Source: Escherichia coli (lineage in GTDB: Bacteria; Pseudomonadota; Gammaproteobacteria; Enterobacterales; Enterobacteriaceae). From it: a stretch of 64,000 bases of DNA. Shown piece after piece: positions 61,782 through 64,000 of this stretch. How positions within the stretch are numbered: the stretch's first letter is position 1; the number at the start of each line of letters is the position of its first letter. Location of the stretch: NCBI RefSeq assembly GCF_045037415.1, contig NZ_CP173438.1. One strand, 5' to 3'. The position numbers were made by a program, and so were the translations under genes. The notes below the pieces were generated by a model. That model did no database searches. It was not told the origin of the DNA and saw nothing but the letters and a program-made list of their open reading frames with translations.

Positions 61782-62774
61782 GTGCGGGTATTACTTCGAC
61801 CTGTTCTGGTACCGGAACTCGGGCTGGTGATCGTTAAGCCGGGCCGTGAATCCATGCCGGTATTCCACAATACCCGGGTACTGGTGGAGCCGGAACCGAA
61901 AAGCATGCGTAATCTGCCGTCCGGGGTCGTTCCTGCCGTTCGCCAGCCGCTGGCGGAGGATAAATCATTACTGCCATTTTTCAGCGACGAACGAGTGATT
62001 CGTGCTGCTGGTGGCGCTGGCGCATTGTCTGACTGGTTACTGCGCCATGTTAAATCCTGCCAGTGGCCGCACGGCGATTATCACCACAGTGAAACCGTCA
62101 TTCACCGTTATGGTGCCGGCGCAATGGTGTTGTGCTGGCACTGCGATAACCAGCTGCGCGATCAGTTCACGGAACGGCTGGAATCAATGGCAACGGATAA
62201 CTGTGCCCGCTGGGTGTTGTCTGTTGTGCGTCGGGATCTCGGTTTTGATGATAGTCACGTTGTGACAATGCCGGAACTGTGCTGGTGGCTGATTCGTAAT
62301 GACCTGGCGGATGCCTTACCGGAAAGTGCAGCCCGTAAGGCACTGAGATTACCGAAGCCTGTTGTGCCATCTGTCACCCGGGAAAGTGACCTTGTGCCTT
62401 CAGTTCCTGCCACCAGCATCATCCAGGATAAAGCGAAAAAGGTGCTGGTACTGAAAGTGGATCCGGAGTCGCCGGAGTCTTTTATGTTACGCCCAAAACG
62501 TCGCCGCTGGGTTAATGAAAAGTACACGCGCTGGGTTAAGACGCAGCCGTGCGCATGTTGTGGAAAGCCTGCTGATGATGCCCACCACCTGATAGGTCAC
62601 GGTCAGGGTGGAATGGGTACAAAAGCGCATGACCTCTTTGTGTTGCCTTTGTGCAGAAAGCATCACGACGAGCTGCATGCGGATACCGTGGTATTTGAAG
62701 AGAAGTATGGCTCCCAGTTGGAGCTGATATTTCGTTTTATTGATCGTGCGCTGGCAATTGGCGTGCTGGCGTAA
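61782..62774 (+). CDS. DUF968-family prophage protein (YdfU-like)
   Basis: 330-aa ORF with a C-terminal Cys/His-rich segment (CACCGKPADDAHHL...CRKHHDELH); position upstream of the Q-like gene as ydfU is in Qin. Confidence 0.55.
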   Translation: MRVLLRPVLVPELGLVIVKPGRESMPVFHNTRVLVEPEPKSMRNLPSGVVPAVRQPLAEDKSLLPFFSDERVIRAAGGAGALSDWLLRHVKSCQWPHGDYHHSETVIHRYGAGAMVLCWHCDNQLRDQFTERLESMATDNCARWVLSVVRRDLGFDDSHVVTMPELCWWLIRNDLADALPESAARKALRLPKPVVPSVTRESDLVPSVPATSIIQDKAKKVLVLKVDPESPESFMLRPKRRRWVNEKYTRWVKTQPCACCGKPADDAHHLIGHGQGGMGTKAHDLFVLPLCRKHHDELHADTVVFEEKYGSQLELIFRFIDRALAIGVLA

Positions 62775-62788
62775 GTGGAGAACTCTAA

Positions 62789-63367
62789 ATGATTAATCCT
62801 TCTGAAATTGGCAAAACGGGTGAAATGGTTCGTCTTCGTACTCTGGAAAGTATCTGGGTTCAGGGGAAGCTCCGCATGTGGGGGCGTTGGTCTTATATCA
62901 GTGGAGGGACTAGCGGTAACATGTTTAACCAACTGCTTGTATCCAGCAAAATTACCAAAACTGCAATCAACGATGCGCTGCGCCGTATGAAAAAGTCAGG
63001 CATTACGAAACCAGAGCTCGAAGCTTATTTGCGCGAAATACTCAACAGTAAAAACAAAAGTAGTCTGGCGTTTTGCTCGGACGATGAAGGCCTGAAGATT
63101 GACGGTGTGATCGCCTCGGTGCTGATGAATAATGATTACCGTTCTCTATACGGTGTGATTGTTGGCCGGTATTGTCTGCGTAAGAGCAAGTTGCAAATGG
63201 CCAATGAGCTTCATATTAAACATCCTGACTGGGCGCTCATTACCTGTCGCCGCCGAGTTGACACATGGATAAGTTTGGCCGAATCGCTCCTGTACGCTCC
63301 ACTATGTGATGCGTTTGGCACAAATAGCGACAGATTTAAATTGCAAAGTGAGCAAGAAAGTGCTTGA
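62789..63367 (+). CDS. Putative late-gene antiterminator Q
   Basis: 192-aa ORF with the ...LRMWGRW... segment recalled from Q-family antiterminators; followed by a promoter-like region and a strong terminator as expected for qut/tR'. Confidence 0.5.
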   Translation: MINPSEIGKTGEMVRLRTLESIWVQGKLRMWGRWSYISGGTSGNMFNQLLVSSKITKTAINDALRRMKKSGITKPELEAYLREILNSKNKSSLAFCSDDEGLKIDGVIASVLMNNDYRSLYGVIVGRYCLRKSKLQMANELHIKHPDWALITCRRRVDTWISLAESLLYAPLCDAFGTNSDRFKLQSEQESA

Positions 63368-63418
63368 ATTGTGATAAGCTCGGGACGAAAAGCGAACTGA
63401 GCAACATAATAGTAAGAA

Positions 63419-63441
63419 CCCGCCATTGTGCGGGTTTTTGC
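63419..63441 (+). terminator. Rho-independent terminator (tR'-like) downstream of Q
   Basis: Hairpin acccgccattgtgcgggt followed by ttttt. Confidence 0.5.
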
Positions 63442-63506
63442 GTTTAGGAAAGGCTTGCCAAAAAGAATGATGTTATAGTTTTCGAAAAAAATGCAGGAGA
63501 ATAAAA

Positions 63507-64000
63507 ATGCTCTGTGGAGGTCTTTCTTTGCGAGACTTTATGCATAAACTGCATAAAGTTTTGCGACCAACGGGTCCAGTTGTTTCTATGGAACTGTTAT
63601 TTGGACGTGAAAAACATGTAACCGATCTCGAATTGGCGCTTTATGCTACAGGTCGGCATGCTTTCATTTATGGTGATCGCGGAGTAGGAAAGACATCCTT
63701 AGCGCAAACTGTTGCTTTTAAGCTGCAGGAAGATGCTGAACCTATTTTGGTTGGCTGCGAGAAAGAATCCACTTTTTCAAGTGTCATGAATGACATTATT
63801 TTGCGAGGCACACCTCAGGATAAGAAAATCGATACACAGGGATGGAGCTTTGGCTTAAATGTGGCTGGAATTGGTGGTATCAATGCTGGTCAAAATCAAA
63901 AATATAATTATCCAGAACTGAAAATTGACTCAGTTTCTGCAGCCGTTCGGGCGTTGCAATTTTTAACTAAAGTTCACTCAAAGATTCCTTATATAGTTAT
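63507..64000 (+). CDS. P-loop NTPase (AAA-type ATP-binding protein), N-terminal part; truncated by the window end
   Basis: ATG at 63507 preceded by AGGAGA; Walker A GDRGVGKTS; no stop before the window end; not in the ORF track. Confidence 0.6.
   Translation, partial: MLCGGLSLRDFMHKLHKVLRPTGPVVSMELLFGREKHVTDLELALYATGRHAFIYGDRGVGKTSLAQTVAFKLQEDAEPILVGCEKESTFSSVMNDIILRGTPQDKKIDTQGWSFGLNVAGIGGINAGQNQKYNYPELKIDSVSAAVRALQFLTKVHSKIPYIV

Larger units (their letters stand above)
47856..64000. mobile_element. Lambdoid (Qin/Rac-like) prophage integrated at tRNA-Ser; left arm only, continues beyond the window
   Basis: int-xis-exonuclease, dicB/dicF/ydfA, dicA/dicC immunity pair, replication genes with iterons, hok toxin, DUF968 and Q-like genes in lambdoid order. 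Confidence 0.8.

Overview
This window reads as an Escherichia coli-type chromosomal segment (cobS-cobT-erfK/ldtA-asnV-nac-cbl-asnU-yeeO-asnW-yeeN-amn-shiA-yeeL-yeeJ) carrying two horizontally acquired elements. All identifications are by recall of protein families and synteny; no database search was run, and hand-counted coordinates for RNAs and small ORFs may be off by 1-2 nt. (1) About 15.7-46.8 kb is a Yersinia-type High Pathogenicity Island (yersiniabactin locus: fyuA, ybtE, ybtT, ybtU, irp1, irp2, ybtA, ybtPQXS, P4-like integrase) inserted at tRNA-Asn (asnT), with no repeat of the tRNA 3' end at the fyuA side. This is a well-described system, not a novel one. Its irp1 gene has an apparent one-base frameshift near the 3' end that displaces the last ~60 codons of the thioesterase domain. 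(2) From about 47.9 kb to the window end is the left part of a lambdoid, Qin/Rac-like prophage at tRNA-Ser (serU): int, xis, an ~824-aa exonuclease, a dicB-like gene, a DicF sRNA homolog, ydfA, dicA/dicC-like immunity genes with palindromic operators, replication genes with embedded iterons, a block of uncharacterised ORFs, a hok-type toxin, a DUF968 protein and a putative Q antiterminator. A P-loop ATPase gene sits in the classic cargo slot downstream of Q and is cut by the window end. yeeJ (inverse-autotransporter adhesin) is a deleted, frame-broken remnant, while the neighbouring yeeL glycosyltransferase appears intact. I found no clearly novel multi-gene system. The best candidates for follow-up are the truncated ATPase cargo gene after Q, the irp1 frameshift, the Rha-family gene sitting between dicF and dicB, and the DUF4406 cassette; all are hypotheses.
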